Shown: positions 10,095-22,066, counted from the first letter of the stretch. The stretch is 64,000 nt of DNA from Armatimonadota bacterium (GCA_039811685.1 JBDHZC010000004.1:64001-128000); one strand, 5' to 3'. Notes: generated by a model from the letters alone, not told the origin. Translations and numbers: made by a program.

Positions 10095-10165
10095 TCGGGT
10101 GAGGGTGATCTGGACTCACGCTGTTCTGTCCAGCGTACTCCATGCCTGGCACTAACGCTCACGCT

Positions 10166-10804
10166 TCAACGGCAGATGACAAAGACTGCCTGTTCCGCAA
10201 GCAAATTCGGCAGTACGGATATCCTGGTAAAACCCCTGTCGAAGGACCCTGTGAGATAGAGCTCCTGTAATATCTGAAAGCCCTCAGCGCGACACATGCG
10301 CTTGAAATCGCGAATCGTAGTGAGGTGGATGTTCGGGCTGTCGTACCATTCAAAGGGGAGCTGTTCTGTGCGAGGCATGTGGCCAAGAAGTCCCAGTTGA
10401 AAGCGCGCGTGCCAGTGCGCAAAGTTGGGAAAGCTGAGGATTACTTTTTTGCCTACGCGCGCAGCCTCTCGAATCAGCTCATCCGGCCGGTACAGCACCT
10501 GAATCACATCCGTCAGGATGACATAATCCATTGCCCCGTCGTTATAGTCAGCCAGACCCTCGTCCAGGTCACCGTGATATACCGGAAGCCCCTTGGAGAC
10601 GCACTCGTGTATGGCTTCCTCACTGATTTCAATCCCCTGAGGAAAGACGTTTTTCCGCTCCTGAAGAGCCGTGAGCAACTCACCTGTTCCGCATCCCAAG
10701 TCCAGCACACGGGCGCGAGGCTCAATAAGATCAACAATGAAGTCAATATCGGTCTTTTTCGGTCGCCTTTGAACGCTTGAGGATGGAGTGGCAGGATCAG
10801 TCAA
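10166..10804 (-). CDS. metW: Methionine biosynthesis protein MetW (SAM-binding)
   Basis: RVLDLGCGTG, SFPNFAHW and WYDSPNIH; downstream of metX. Confidence 0.9.
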   Translation of the reverse strand: MTDPATPSSSVQRRPKKTDIDFIVDLIEPRARVLDLGCGTGELLTALQERKNVFPQGIEISEEAIHECVSKGLPVYHGDLDEGLADYNDGAMDYVILTDVIQVLYRPDELIREAARVGKKVILSFPNFAHWHARFQLGLLGHMPRTEQLPFEWYDSPNIHLTTIRDFKRMCRAEGFQILQELYLTGSFDRGFTRISVLPNLLAEQAVFVICR

Positions 10805-11987
10805 TGGCGTAGTTCAGGAAGTTCGAGATCAGGCTGGAAAGCTGCGCGCTCTCCAGAAGAAATGCGTCATGTCCCTTATCAGTCTGAAGCTCAGCGAACG
10901 TCACGTCCAGGCTGTTCTGACGCAGCGCCTTCACGATCTCCCGGGACTGATACGTCGGAAAGAGCCAGTCGGAGGAGAATGAGATAACCAGAAACTTCGC
11001 CTGCACCCGGGAAAGTTCTTTGCGAAGACTCCCACTCGGCTGCGTCAGGTCGAAGTAGTCCGTCGCTTTCGTAATGTATAGATAGGAGTTGGCATCAAAG
11101 CGCTGGACAAACACACTCCCCTGATGGCGCAGATAGCTTTCGACCTGAAACTCCGTTGCAAACTCAGTGTTAAAAGTGAACGTAGAGCCGTTGGACTCGA
11201 CAAGATCCCGCCCAAACTTGTTGTGCATCGCCTTGTCAGACAAATAGGTGATGTGGCCGATCATACGCGCTATGGCCAGTCCGTGGTTGGGTATCACACC
11301 CTCGCGCTTGTAATTGCCATTGCGCCAGTCTGGATCGCCCATAATCGCCTGTCGCCCAACTTCGTTAAACCCAATGGCTTGAGCTGATAGCCGGCTTGTT
11401 GTGGCGATAGGAATGGCAAGTCTGATGCGCTCCGGGTAGCTTACTGTCCACTGCAGCACGCGCATTCCACCCATCGACCCGCCAATTACGCACAAGACCT
11501 GATTGATACCCAGGTGATCGAGCAAGTGACGCTCGGCTTCCACCATGTCCTGAATCGTGATAATCGGAAAGTCGCGCGCGTACGGATATCCGGTGGCTGG
11601 ATTCTCTGAATCTGGCCCCGTCGATCCCGAACAGCCACCAATGCAATTCGCGCATACAACAAAGTAGCGCTCTGTGTCCAGCGCCTTTCCAGGACCGACC
11701 ATAATATCCCACCAGCCCGGTTTCTTACTGGTCTGATCCTTGTGATAACCTGCCACGTGCGCATCGCCCGTCAGAGCGTGCTCGACCAGGATCACATTGG
11801 ACTTGTCCGCGTTGAGCGTGCCGTACGTTTCATACACCAGCGTGATCGGTCCCAGCTTCTTGCCGCTCACCAGCTTCATCTCATCTGGTGGTTGCGCAAA
11901 GGTGAAGAACTGCGGTTCAACAACTCCGACGCTGTTAGGTTGTGCCGTAGTCAATGTCATGGAGTGAACTGGCAGCCTGGCGGACAA
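10797..11987 (-). CDS. metX: Homoserine O-acetyltransferase (start 11987 TTG or 11960 ATG)
   Basis: HALTGDAH, GGSMGGM nucleophile elbow, RFDANSYL, GHDAFL. Confidence 0.93.
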   Translation of the reverse strand: MSARLPVHSMTLTTAQPNSVGVVEPQFFTFAQPPDEMKLVSGKKLGPITLVYETYGTLNADKSNVILVEHALTGDAHVAGYHKDQTSKKPGWWDIMVGPGKALDTERYFVVCANCIGGCSGSTGPDSENPATGYPYARDFPIITIQDMVEAERHLLDHLGINQVLCVIGGSMGGMRVLQWTVSYPERIRLAIPIATTSRLSAQAIGFNEVGRQAIMGDPDWRNGNYKREGVIPNHGLAIARMIGHITYLSDKAMHNKFGRDLVESNGSTFTFNTEFATEFQVESYLRHQGSVFVQRFDANSYLYITKATDYFDLTQPSGSLRKELSRVQAKFLVISFSSDWLFPTYQSREIVKALRQNSLDVTFAELQTDKGHDAFLLESAQLSSLISNFLNYAID

Positions 11988-12080
11988 CAGGCTGCCTGTA
12001 CTAGAGATTACTTACAGTATATAGCCAGAGCGCTTGCTTCGCGACTGTGCAGCTCTCGCGCGCAGCGATGTAAGTCGTGG

Positions 12081-13388
12081 CTACTTCTGACTTGCCTTCA
12101 GGCCTTTGTCGAGATCCGCGATAATGTCTTCAACGTCTTCAATTCCGACCGACAGCCGAATGAAGTCGGGTGTTACGCCCGCCTCAAGCTGCTCCTGTTC
12201 GGAAAGTTGCTGATGCGTGGTGCTGGCAGGGTGGATGACCAGACTTTTCGCGTCACCAAAGTTCGCCAGATTAGAGTGCAACTCCAGCGCATCAATGAAC
12301 TTGATCCCAGCCTCTTTGCCACCTTTGATCCCAAAGCCCACCAGAGCCCCACAACCGTTAGGAAGATACTTCTTCGCCATTTCATGTGATGGATGATCTT
12401 TGAGACCGGGGTAGCTCACCCAGCTGACAGAGTCTTGCTGCTGCAGCCACTCGGCCACTCGCTGGGCGTTCTGGCTGTGCCGCTGCATCCTCAGCCCGAG
12501 AGTCTCAACCCCCTGCAACACGAGAAACGCGTTGAACGGCGAAAGACACGGGCCGAAGTCGCGCATGAGCTGAACGCGCATTTTGATGATGTAAGCAATT
12601 CCCGGCGCCACTGCCTTGTCATGCAGCCCGAACGCGTCCCAGTAGCTTATCCCGTGATAGCTGGGGTCTGGGTCGACCAGGCCGGGGAACTTGCCACTGC
12701 TTTTCCAGTCGAACTTTCCGGAGTCCACCACAATCCCGCCGATAGACGTACCGTGCCCTCCCAGAAACTTGGTGAGTGAATGCAGCACAATATCCGCGCC
12801 CCATTTGATGGGCTGGCAGAGCGCCGGAGAGGCCATAGAGTTGTCAATGATCAGAGGAATGCCGTTGTCGTGCGCGATAGCGGCGATCTTTTCAATATCC
12901 GGAATGTCAAATCTGGGATTGCCAATGACCTCCATATAGAGCGCTTTGGTTTTGTCATCAATGGCTTTTCGGAAGTTCTCAGGATCGTCTGTGTCCACAA
13001 ATTTGACGTGTACGCCGATTTTCGGAAACGAGTAGTGGAACAGGTTGTACGTGCCGCCGTAAAGACTGCCCGCAGAGACGATGTTGTCGCCAGCGTTTGC
13101 GATGTTCAGCACCGACAGCAACTCAGCGGCCTGTCCGCTGGAGGTTGCAAGCGCTGCGGCTCCGCCTTCCAGAAGAGCGATGCGATTCTCCAGAACATCC
13201 CACGTCGGGTTCTGGATGCGTGTGTAGATGTTGCCGAACTCCTCGAGTCCGAACAATTTGCGCGCGTGTTCCGCGCTGTCAAAAACGTAAGAAGTTGTCT
13301 GATAGATGGGCACGGCCCGCGAATTGGTGGTCGGGTCAGGCTTCTGTCCGCCGTGCAGCGCAATTGTGTCGAACTTCAAATCTGCCAT
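12081..13388 (-). CDS. metY: O-acetylhomoserine aminocarboxypropyltransferase (sulfhydrylase)
   Basis: [27 protein letters not shown] (PLP lysine), [11 protein letters not shown]. Confidence 0.93.
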   Translation of the reverse strand: MADLKFDTIALHGGQKPDPTTNSRAVPIYQTTSYVFDSAEHARKLFGLEEFGNIYTRIQNPTWDVLENRIALLEGGAAALATSSGQAAELLSVLNIANAGDNIVSAGSLYGGTYNLFHYSFPKIGVHVKFVDTDDPENFRKAIDDKTKALYMEVIGNPRFDIPDIEKIAAIAHDNGIPLIIDNSMASPALCQPIKWGADIVLHSLTKFLGGHGTSIGGIVVDSGKFDWKSSGKFPGLVDPDPSYHGISYWDAFGLHDKAVAPGIAYIIKMRVQLMRDFGPCLSPFNAFLVLQGVETLGLRMQRHSQNAQRVAEWLQQQDSVSWVSYPGLKDHPSHEMAKKYLPNGCGALVGFGIKGGKEAGIKFIDALELHSNLANFGDAKSLVIHPASTTHQQLSEQEQLEAGVTPDFIRLSVGIEDVEDIIADLDKGLKASQK

Positions 13389-13586
13389 AAGCTTCAGTGT
13401 TCCTCTCCGTGCTGAGCAAGTATTCTCAAGAAAACAGTATAGCTAAAAGCAGTGGTCACAACGCTTTCTGGCGAGTTCGTTCAGTACTGCTACCCGTTGC
13501 AGCAACCGCCTCCAGGATGTCATCGAGTCTTCTAACTTCCGCGTCTGAAAGCTCCTTGGGCTACAGGCAGTAGCCCTGATCAGGAG

Positions 13587-13622
13587 AAAAATGAAAAAGC
13601 CCGGGCAAATCCGCCCAGGCTT
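13587..13622 (-). terminator. Rho-independent terminator after the IscA/ErpA gene
   Basis: Minus strand AAGCCTGGGC-GGATTT-GCCCGGGCTT followed by TTTCATTTTT. Confidence 0.8.
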
Positions 13623-13648
13623 GATCGGTAATTGCCTATGACATGAGC

Positions 13649-14032
13649 TCAACTGCAACCGCAGCCGCACCCACATCCTTCACTATCGCTTTCCTCGCTA
13701 CCACCACAGTCACATTCGCCACCGCATCCGCAGGATGTATCAATATTGGGATTGCTGATCGCAAACCCCGCGCCTTCCACCGTATCCATATAGTCGATGC
13801 TGGCTCCATCAAGGTATGGGCCGCTCGCTTCGTCAATGAGCACTCGCAACCCCGAGAAGTCATACACCTGGTCAGTTTCTTCAACGGTGTCATCGAACGC
13901 CATTCCAAACTTATAGCCCGAGCGGCAGCCTCCGCCCTGAACGAAGACTCGCAACAGAGCGTCCGCGCGGTTCTGAGAGACCATCAGCCCCTTGACCTTC
14001 TCGACAGCCGCATTTGTGAGTGTAATTGCCAT
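13649..14032 (-). CDS. HesB/IscA/ErpA A-type Fe-S carrier protein with a Cys-rich C-terminal extension
   Basis: AGGAAAGG RBS; ITLTNAA, LRVFVQGGGC, GFAISNPN..SCGCG. Confidence 0.88.
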   Translation of the reverse strand: MAITLTNAAVEKVKGLMVSQNRADALLRVFVQGGGCRSGYKFGMAFDDTVEETDQVYDFSGLRVLIDEASGPYLDGASIDYMDTVEGAGFAISNPNIDTSCGCGGECDCGGSEESDSEGCGCGCGCS

Positions 14033-14315
14033 AGATAGCCTTTCCTGTGTGTGGTTGCTTTCAGAAATCAGATTGTTGCTCGCCAGTGCAGCGAGATTCG
14101 TCCACAACTGCCTTGGTGCGGACGGTATCCACATTCTCAGTATACCAAACGCTGCGCGTCAGCGGAAGTTTCCGGCAGTGCGCAGAAAGCAGATGCTCGA
14201 TGTGCGATTCCAGGTCTTCTCTGCCGATTATCGGGATTTCTTGCCCCGAAAAGACACTGAAAATCCATCGCGTGCTATAGAGTTGCGCCAGTAATACCCT
14301 TTGCCGTCCCCTCAG

Positions 14316-14699
14316 TTATGCTGGAGACTCTCCACTGAAGTCCGCGCCAGAGCGCGTAACCTTCACTCCGCATCGTTCGCAAATCCCGCCCAGCGGTGGG
14401 CTCGGTTTGGACACGCTGATCGTCACCTCATGCGCCGGTGTTGTCGCCAGAAGACGCGAGGCGATGTCGGACGCCAGATGCTCCATCAGCTTGTGAGAAT
14501 TGCCTGTCACGGCTTCTGTGACGGTCTGAAACACGCTGTACCAGTCTGCAGTGTCCTTGAGCCGGTCTGTACGCCCCGCTTTCCGTAAATCCAGGCGCAG
14601 CTCAACGTCCACCTCAATGATCTGTCCCACGCAGCGTTCCTCCGCGGTGTGCCCGTGGTGACCAAAGACGCGTATGCCTTTTAGAAAGATGGTGTCCAT
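14316..14699 (-). CDS. folB: Dihydroneopterin aldolase
   Basis: MDTIFLKGIRVFGHHG..EER..GQ, DRLKDTAD, LMEHLA, KPSPP. Confidence 0.9.
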   Translation of the reverse strand: MDTIFLKGIRVFGHHGHTAEERCVGQIIEVDVELRLDLRKAGRTDRLKDTADWYSVFQTVTEAVTGNSHKLMEHLASDIASRLLATTPAHEVTISVSKPSPPLGGICERCGVKVTRSGADFSGESPA

Positions 14700-14935
14700 T
14701 GCTGAGTTTTGGCTGGAGTCAGGTAGATTCAGAGGCGTCATACCGCAGTCCTGCCAGTGCTCACTTATAATGACAGCTTGTGCGCGCGTGCGCAAGCAAG
14801 CGCCTCACTGCGTGCGATGGCTCTGCCTCAAAAATAGTATGGCGCGCCCTTGCCCGCGGTCTGGCCGTGTTCAGGCACGGGTGGCCCTCCGAAAGAGCGG
14901 CGGGTGCGCAAACCGCACAAATACTGCTGCATCCG

Positions 14936-14964
14936 CTGACATCGGGAGCACTTTTTGTTATACT
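14936..14964 (+). promoter_or_regulatory. Sigma70-type promoter of the tRNA cluster
   Basis: CTGACA-17 nt-TATACT with an extended -10 TG. Confidence 0.65.
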
Positions 14965-15007
14965 ACCGTTGGCCTTTTGAGGGACAACATTCTTCGTGTG
15001 CGAGCGT

Positions 15008-15081
15008 GCGCCTGTAGCTCAGTGGATTAGAGCATCTGACTTCGGATCAGAGGGTCGGGGGTTCGAGTCCCTCCAGGCGCG
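15008..15081 (+). tRNA. tRNA-Arg(TCG), CCA not encoded
   Basis: Cloverleaf with acceptor GCGCCTG/CAGGCGC, anticodon arm TCTGA-CTTCGGA-TCAGA and T loop GTTCGAG. Confidence 0.95.
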
Positions 15082-15145
15082 GTTATGTCCCTGTTGAAGG
15101 AAGAGCCCGGGCCATTTCTGGTAGTTTGCCGTCGCGTGAGCGCGC

Positions 15146-15218
<73 letters not shown>

Positions 15219-15288
15219 GATTATTCCTGAGGTTGCCGGTAGGTGTCGTCCTCGGGTAGGAACTGCAGCCCGGGCAAACGGTTCATCG

Positions 15289-15369
15289 GGGCGAGTGGTG
15301 GAATGGCAGACACGCCAGATTTAGGATCTGGTGCCGCGAGGCGTAGGAGTTCAAGTCTCCTCTCGCCCA
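15289..15369 (+). tRNA. tRNA-Leu(TAG), CCA not encoded
   Basis: Acceptor GGGCGAG/CTCGCCC; anticodon arm CCAGA-TTTAGGA-TCTGG; long variable arm. Confidence 0.95.
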
Positions 15370-15575
15370 GCTTTGGAGGCGCACTCGGGGTGGCCATACG
15401 CCGCTGGAAGCTGTGGCGGACTGAATGGCGCTGAGGTAAACTCGGAAGCAGACTGCCCAGGAGCTGTGGCATAAACTTCTTGTGCCGCGCTGGAGATTCT
15501 CGGCAGGATTGCCAGAGAATCATGTCGTAAACGCAAAGAGTCAGTAGCGTTTGTCTGAATTGGTGTCGCCGTCAT

Positions 15576-15647
15576 GCGGGAGTAGTTCAGGGGTAGAACG
15601 CCTCCTTGCCAAGGAGGAGGTCGCGGGTCCGAATCCCGTCTCCCGCT
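15576..15647 (+). tRNA. tRNA-Gly(GCC), CCA not encoded
   Basis: Acceptor GCGGGAG/CTCCCGC; anticodon arm CCTCC-TTGCCAA-GGAGG; T loop reads GTCCGAAT. Confidence 0.93.
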
Positions 15648-15952
15648 TGTTTTTTGCAGCTTTTCTGGTGACAGGACTGTCTGCAACATGTCTGCGGCTT
15701 CGCGCGTGGGTGGATGTGCGCTCTGTCCCGAGAGCCTGTCCTGGCACGCTTATCGTAGCTTGCGCCTCTGATTACGCTGCTGTGTAGCGCCTCGCCGGAC
15801 AACCCTTGCCAGATGGGGACAGGCGGGGTGTTTTTTCATGTTCGGACAACTTCCGGCCTTCTTTTTGCGAGCCGGGAGCCAGACGTGCAAGCGCGCAAGA
15901 GGTCCTGAGGCTGGGCTGGTAGGCCTCAACAACGACTACACGAAGGATTCAT

Positions 15953-17290
15953 ATGCAGGTTACTCGTGAAGATATCAGTCCGTGTCTGGTTGCACTGGAG
16001 ATCTCCGTTGAACCCGAGCAGTACGCTGGCGCCCTGGAGACCGCGCGCAAACAGATAGCGCGCAATACAGAGATTCCAGGCTTCAGAAAGGGCAAGGCGC
16101 CGGCTGCGCTGGTGGAGAGAGTCATCAACCCTGAGCGGGTCATCAGCGTCGCCAACGACCGCGTGATGCCCGAAGCCTACACGCAGGCGCTGCAGGAACA
16201 AGACCTCACACCGTGGGATCATCCCGAGGTCGAATTGCTTGAGTCTTCTGCCGAGTCCGGACTGAAGTTCAAGGCCACGGTTCCGCTGGTTCCCCAGGTA
16301 GAGTTGGGTCAATACAAGGAAGTGTCAGTAGATCGTCCTGTTCGGCAGGTGACTGATGAGCTGATTGATCACGAAATCGAGCGCCTGCGCACGCAGCACA
16401 CCCGGCTGGATGAAAAGGGCGAAGACGGCGTTGTTGAAGATGGCGACTATGTGTTCGTCAGTATACAGGAGCTCAACGACAACGGTGAGCCCCTGGGCGA
16501 GCCTACCTACAATGCGGCGGTAGTCGGAGAGAACGTTCCCGACTTCGATACGCGGATAAAGGGTATGAAGAAGGAAGAGACTGGAGAGTTTACGCTCAAC
16601 TACCCGGAGGATTGGCAGGAGAAAGAGCGCGCGGGTAAGACCGTTCGCGCAAACGTCACGGTGTCTCAGCTCTATGCTCAGGTGAAACCTGAGGTGAATG
16701 AAGAGTTCGCCAAGACTGTTGGTGAATTTGACTCTGTGGAGGCGCTCAGACAGGAAATTCGCTCTAGCGCAGAGCGTGCGTTCAACGAAGTCTCAGATGA
16801 GCAGGCGGATATGGAGTTGATGAACAAGATCGTCCAAAGCTCGAAAATCGACTATCCACCGCAAATGCTGACGCACGAGTTTCAGCATCGTGTCCAGGAG
16901 CAGTTCGCCGATCTCAAAAGGCGCAATACAACCTTTGAGCAGTTCCTTGCACAAAACTCCGTCACAGAGGAAGAATATCGTCAGAGACTGACAGGGCGCA
17001 TTGACTGGGATATTCGGGTGAGTCTGGCGTTGTCTGCTATTGCAGAGGAAGAAAAGATCGACGTATCCCCCGAGGAAATTGATGAGCAGCTTGATCGCTT
17101 GCATGAGTCAGAGAACGAGACGGCTGAGGAGCTAAGCGAGTACCTCTCAACCGAACAGGGAAGGCAAAGCTACATTCGTCGCCGTAGAACCAACAAGGTT
17201 TTAGAGTTTCTAAGGTCGTCTGCCAACATTAAAGATGTGATTCAGGATCCGCCACAGGAAGGCGCCGCAGAAGCGAAGGAGGCTAAGTAA
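15953..17290 (+). CDS. tig: Trigger factor
   Basis: [10 protein letters not shown] ribosome-binding motif; upstream of clpP-clpX. Confidence 0.93.
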   Translation: MQVTREDISPCLVALEISVEPEQYAGALETARKQIARNTEIPGFRKGKAPAALVERVINPERVISVANDRVMPEAYTQALQEQDLTPWDHPEVELLESSAESGLKFKATVPLVPQVELGQYKEVSVDRPVRQVTDELIDHEIERLRTQHTRLDEKGEDGVVEDGDYVFVSIQELNDNGEPLGEPTYNAAVVGENVPDFDTRIKGMKKEETGEFTLNYPEDWQEKERAGKTVRANVTVSQLYAQVKPEVNEEFAKTVGEFDSVEALRQEIRSSAERAFNEVSDEQADMELMNKIVQSSKIDYPPQMLTHEFQHRVQEQFADLKRRNTTFEQFLAQNSVTEEEYRQRLTGRIDWDIRVSLALSAIAEEEKIDVSPEEIDEQLDRLHESENETAEELSEYLSTEQGRQSYIRRRRTNKVLEFLRSSANIKDVIQDPPQEGAAEAKEAK

Positions 17291-17294
17291 CCAA

Positions 17295-17882
17295 ATGGCA
17301 CTGATACCGATGGTGGTCGAGCAGACCGCGCGCGGGGAGCGGGCTTACGATATCTACAGCCGGCTCCTGAAGGATCGTATCGTTTTCATCGGGACGCCTA
17401 TTGACGACGACATCGCCAATCTGGTTGTTGCGCAGCTTCTGTTCCTGGAAAAGGAAGATCCTGACAAGGACATTGACCTCTACATCAACTCCCCGGGAGG
17501 AGTCGTCTCGGCGGGTTTGGCAATCTACGACTGTATGCAGGTTGTTAAGCCCGATATCGCCACAATCTGCATTGGACAGGCGGCCAGCATGGGTGCAGTA
17601 TTGCTTTCTGCGGGAGCAAAGGGAAAGCGGCATTGTCTGGCAAATGCGCGAGTTATGATTCACCAGGGCAGCGCTGGTTTTCAGGGAACGCCTTCAGATA
17701 TTGACATCATGGCGAGAGAGATTTTACGATATAAGCAGCTGCTGCAGGAAATCCTCGCCAAGCATACCGGTCAACCTGTGGAAAAAGTAGCACAGGACAC
17801 AGATAGAGATTATTGGATGTCGGCAGAGCAGGCCAAAGACTACGGTGTTGTTGACGGCGTGCTCGACCGCGAAGCCCGTTAG
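17295..17882 (+). CDS. clpP: ATP-dependent Clp protease proteolytic subunit
   Basis: [30 protein letters not shown]. Confidence 0.97.
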   Translation: MALIPMVVEQTARGERAYDIYSRLLKDRIVFIGTPIDDDIANLVVAQLLFLEKEDPDKDIDLYINSPGGVVSAGLAIYDCMQVVKPDIATICIGQAASMGAVLLSAGAKGKRHCLANARVMIHQGSAGFQGTPSDIDIMAREILRYKQLLQEILAKHTGQPVEKVAQDTDRDYWMSAEQAKDYGVVDGVLDREAR

Positions 17883-17954
17883 CGTTAACTCGCCGCCGCT
17901 CACTCACATTTTGCGGTTGCGGGGTGTGTCCGCAGCATTTGTCGGAGGTGTTTT

Positions 17955-19220
17955 TTGGCCAGGATTGGACTCGACCGTAACGACTCGCGTTGTGCACTCT
18001 GTGGCAAGCCACGGGAGCAGGTCAAAAAGCTCATCCTCGGGGTGTACGGCGGCGTGTGTCTTGAGTGTGTCGAACTGTGCAACGAGATCGTCCGCGGGGA
18101 GACCACCAAGACAGAGCCCGTAGCGGACGTTGGCGTCGTTCCCAAACCCAAGGAAATCTATCGCATTCTCTCCCAGTATGTTGTGGGGCAGGAGAAGGCG
18201 AAGCGTATTCTCTCGGTTGCGGTTTACAATCACTACAAGCGCGTAAACTCGCCCGCCTCAGACGTAGAGCTTTCCAAGTCCAACATCCTCCTCATTGGGC
18301 CGACGGGGTGCGGCAAGACGCTGCTTGCGCAGACGCTCGCGCGCATTCTGAAGGTGCCTTTTGCCATCGCTGACGCCACCAGCCTGACAGAAGCCGGCTA
18401 TGTGGGCGAAGATGTCGAAAACATCCTGCTGAAACTCCTGCAGGCGGCCGACGGGCACGACAACATCCAGAACGCTATCAAAGCCGCCGAGCGCGGGATT
18501 GTCTACATCGATGAAATCGACAAGATTGCGCGTAAGAGTGACAACCCTTCCATTACCCGGGATGTCTCCGGTGAGGGCGTTCAGCAGGCGCTTCTGAAGA
18601 TTATCGAAGGCACTGTCGCCAATGTTCCGCCGCAGGGTGGTCGAAAACACCCGCAGCAGGAATACGTCCAGATTGACACGTCCAATGTGCTCTTCATTGT
18701 GGGCGGCGCCTTTGAGGGATTGGATGAGGTGATTGACCGCCGCCTGGGAGACAAGTCTCTGGGCTTCCGCGCGCAGGTCGAATCCCGGAAAGATCGCGAC
18801 CTGGGTGATATACTGTCCATGGTCATGCCGGATGACCTGCTGAAGTACGGCTTGATTCCGGAGTTTATTGGCCGCCTGCCTGTGGTTGCGACTCTGGGCG
18901 GGCTGGACAAAGACGCTCTCGTACGCATTCTGGTGGAGCCAAAGAATGCGCTGGTGAAGCAGTATCAGAAGTTCTTCGAGCTGGACGGCGTGGAGCTGAT
19001 CTTCAGTGACGACGCTTTAGAGGCGATCGCAGCAGAAGCCAGTGAGCGAAAAGTCGGGGCGCGGGCGCTGAGGTCCATCATTGAGGAAGTGATGCTCAAC
19101 ATTATGTACGAGATTCCTTCTCTCAAGGATATCAAACGCTGCGTCGTGACCAAAGAGACCATTACCGAGCGCAAGGATCCCACGATCTTCACGGTTGACG
19201 AGCTGAAGCAGGCGAGCTAA
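17955..19220 (+). CDS. clpX: ATP-dependent Clp protease ATP-binding subunit
   Basis: CxxC..CxxC zinc finger, [28 protein letters not shown]. Confidence 0.97.
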   Translation: MARIGLDRNDSRCALCGKPREQVKKLILGVYGGVCLECVELCNEIVRGETTKTEPVADVGVVPKPKEIYRILSQYVVGQEKAKRILSVAVYNHYKRVNSPASDVELSKSNILLIGPTGCGKTLLAQTLARILKVPFAIADATSLTEAGYVGEDVENILLKLLQAADGHDNIQNAIKAAERGIVYIDEIDKIARKSDNPSITRDVSGEGVQQALLKIIEGTVANVPPQGGRKHPQQEYVQIDTSNVLFIVGGAFEGLDEVIDRRLGDKSLGFRAQVESRKDRDLGDILSMVMPDDLLKYGLIPEFIGRLPVVATLGGLDKDALVRILVEPKNALVKQYQKFFELDGVELIFSDDALEAIAAEASERKVGARALRSIIEEVMLNIMYEIPSLKDIKRCVVTKETITERKDPTIFTVDELKQAS

Positions 19221-19660
19221 GCTCCTTCCGGGCTCAAGGTCGAGGCTGGGGGGGTCACCATTTCTGGGGCGTGGGGGTGACATTTGGCGAACCCGCCGCT
19301 GTGCGCTGGCGTCGCAAGTGTCCGCTCAGAGCATAGGCGGGTTAGAGTTGTTCGTGTATCTGTAGCCGGCCGCTCAGGTTTCCAGCGTTAGACGATTTAT
19401 TCCAGCACGGGTACTCACTGCGCGCAGGCTTCACCAAGTGTTGCGGCGAATACGACTCGTACACCGGAGAGCCGGACTATTCACAGCCTGGATGACAGGC
19501 GCCGTATCAAGATTCCGAAGCCCGAAAAGACATCAGCCTGACAGGCCGCAGCGGCCGGAACGGCGCCGCAGAGGCAGTTGCGGCCCCGGCCCGGCCTTTG
19601 TTTTGTGTGTGCCCGGCGAGCCGGGCGACGAGCTACCGAGAACACAGGAAGACTTTAGAA

Positions 19661-22066
19661 ATGCCGCGAGCTAAGAAATCCGACGTGCCTGAAGCTGCAG
19701 AAACCACGCCGCTGAAGCCTGCTTCCCGCCGCCTTCCCAGATCTCTGCCGCTTCTGCCAATACGCGATAACGTTTACTTCCCGCATATGCTCTTTCCGCT
19801 GTTTGTAGGGCGTGAGAAGTCCGTGAAGGCGCTGGATGAAGCTATGGCGCACCAGCGTTATATTCTCCTCATCGCTCAGCACGATATGACGGTAGAAGAC
19901 CCGGAGCCCGACGACATCTATCGCGTGGGTGTTGTCGCAGAAGTCATCCAGATTTTGAAGGTGCCGGACGGCACCGTCCGGGTGATGCTTGAGGGTATTG
20001 AGCGTGTGCAGGTCACGCAGTTTATCCAGCAGGAGCCGTTCTTCAAGGTGCGCGTCAAGCCGCTGCCTGCGGAGGAAGCCAAGTCCATCGAGCTCGAAGC
20101 GCTGATGCGCAACGTGACGGCGCAGTTTGAGCAGATTGTCAACAACGGGCGGACAGTTCCGCCTGAGGTGCTCATTAACGTCATCAACATTGACGAACCG
20201 GGCAAACTGGCGGACAGCATCACTCCCTATCTCCCTTTGCGCGTTGAGCAAAAGCAGGAAATTCTCGAGACTATCCCTGTCCGGGAGCGCCTCAGCCATC
20301 TGTCCATGCTGCTGAAAAAAGAGCTGGAAATCCTCGAGATCCAACGCAGTATTCGCTCCAGAGTTGAAAAGGAGATGGGAGACTCTCAGCGGGAGTTTTT
20401 CCTGCGCGAACAGCTCAAAGCGATTCAGCAGGAGCTTGGTGAGAGGGACGAACGCACGACGGAGATTGAGGACTACCGCGGACAAATAGCAGAAGCGCAG
20501 ATGCCGGAAGAAGTGGAGAGCCGCGCGCTCAAAGAGGTGGAGCGTCTCGAGAAAATGCCGTATGCATCGCCGGAAGGTGTGGTCATCCGGACGTATCTCG
20601 ACTGGCTGGTTGGACTGCCGTGGAACTTCAGCACGAGCGATGAGCTGGAGATTACCAAAGCGGAGAAAATCCTCAACGAAGATCACTATGGACTGCTCAA
20701 ACCCAAGGAGCGGATTCTGGAGTTCCTCGCTGTGCGTAAGCTTGCTGGCAGCCTGAAAGGGCCTATTCTCTGCTTTGCAGGCCCTCCCGGAGTTGGGAAA
20801 ACCTCAATCGGCAAATCCATTGCGCGATCACTGGGCCGCAAGTTTGTCAGAATTTCACTGGGCGGTGTGCGGGATGAGGCCGAAATCAGAGGTCATCGGC
20901 GTACCTATGTCGGGGCGTTGCCCGGAAGGATTATTCAGGGTATCAAGCAGGCCGGCTCCAGAAACCCTGTGTTCATGCTGGATGAGATAGACAAGGTTGG
21001 GGCGGACTTCCGCGGAGACCCTTCTGCGGCGCTTCTGGAAGCTCTGGATCCGGAGCAAAATGACAGCTTCAGTGACCACTATCTCGAGGTGCCATTTAAC
21101 CTGCGGGATGTGATGTTTATCACGACAGCAAACGTCCTGGACACAATCCCAGCTGCTCTGCGCGACAGGATGGAGATTATCCCGTTTTCGGGATACATTG
21201 AGGACGATAAGCTGCAGATTGCCAGGAGTTTCCTTGTGCCAAAGCAGCTTAAGGAGCATGGCATTACAAAGACGCGGCTCTCAATCGGCGACGACGCGCT
21301 GCTGGCGTTGATCCGGGAATACACACGGGAGGCCGGTGTGCGCAATCTGGAGCGTGAGATTGCCAGCCTGTGCCGCAAAGTCGCAAAGAAGATTGCGGAA
21401 GGTGAGACGGGGCGCACACGCGTGAAGGCGGCGAACATCGCGGGCTATCTGGGCAAGCGCCGGTTCCATTACGGCCAGGCGGAAGAGCAGGATGAGGTCG
21501 GCGCTGCCACCGGACTGTCCTACTCCGAGTTTGGCGGAGACATAATTTCCATCGAAGTTGGGCTTGTCAGGGCGACCAAAGGCGGTCTCATTCTCACCGG
21601 ACAACTTGGGGATGTTATGAAGGAGTCGGCTCAGGCGGCCCTGACCTATGTTCGCTCTCGCGCGAGTGTTCTCAACTTCGATGAGGACTTTCAGTCGCAC
21701 ACGGATATCCACATACATGTGCCGGCAGGCGGCATTCCCAAGGATGGTCCTTCCGCAGGGATTACCATAGCCACTGCATTGGCATCGGCGCTCACAAAGC
21801 GACCGGTACGCAAGGATGTTGCGATGACAGGGGAGATCACCCTGAGAGGGCGCGTGTTACCTATTGGCGGGCTTAGAGAGAAGGTGCTGGCAGCGCATCG
21901 GGCTGGAATCCGGACTGTCATTCTTCCACGGGAGAACGAAAAGGACATTGAGGATATCCCATCCCACCTTGTTGAGGAGATGCAGCTTCATCTTGTGGAC
22001 CATATGGATGATGTGCTGAGTGTGGCGCTGCTGGAGCAACCGATTCTGCAGACGCAGGCGGCCTGA
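19661..22066 (+). CDS. lon: Endopeptidase La
   Basis: Lon N-domain [28 protein letters not shown] at 19661 follows AGGAAG. Confidence 0.96.
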   Translation: MPRAKKSDVPEAAETTPLKPASRRLPRSLPLLPIRDNVYFPHMLFPLFVGREKSVKALDEAMAHQRYILLIAQHDMTVEDPEPDDIYRVGVVAEVIQILKVPDGTVRVMLEGIERVQVTQFIQQEPFFKVRVKPLPAEEAKSIELEALMRNVTAQFEQIVNNGRTVPPEVLINVINIDEPGKLADSITPYLPLRVEQKQEILETIPVRERLSHLSMLLKKELEILEIQRSIRSRVEKEMGDSQREFFLREQLKAIQQELGERDERTTEIEDYRGQIAEAQMPEEVESRALKEVERLEKMPYASPEGVVIRTYLDWLVGLPWNFSTSDELEITKAEKILNEDHYGLLKPKERILEFLAVRKLAGSLKGPILCFAGPPGVGKTSIGKSIARSLGRKFVRISLGGVRDEAEIRGHRRTYVGALPGRIIQGIKQAGSRNPVFMLDEIDKVGADFRGDPSAALLEALDPEQNDSFSDHYLEVPFNLRDVMFITTANVLDTIPAALRDRMEIIPFSGYIEDDKLQIARSFLVPKQLKEHGITKTRLSIGDDALLALIREYTREAGVRNLEREIASLCRKVAKKIAEGETGRTRVKAANIAGYLGKRRFHYGQAEEQDEVGAATGLSYSEFGGDIISIEVGLVRATKGGLILTGQLGDVMKESAQAALTYVRSRASVLNFDEDFQSHTDIHIHVPAGGIPKDGPSAGITIATALASALTKRPVRKDVAMTGEITLRGRVLPIGGLREKVLAAHRAGIRTVILPRENEKDIEDIPSHLVEEMQLHLVDHMDDVLSVALLEQPILQTQAA

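Noticed and set aside
13620..13651. Selenocysteine readthrough of the TGA ending the HesB/IscA gene
   Set aside because: Conserved ligand positions are already Cys, the TGA is at the natural end, and the downstream hairpin is a U-tailed terminator rather than an evident SECIS.
15370..15575. Additional tRNA or ncRNA between tRNA-Leu and tRNA-Gly
   Set aside because: Several hairpins are present but no cloverleaf, T-loop or other recognisable motif.
19230..19500. RNase P RNA or tmRNA in the clpX-lon spacer
   Set aside because: Only vague resemblance (AGTCCGGCTCTCC on the minus strand); the conserved GAGGAAAGTCC block and tRNA-like tmRNA ends are absent.
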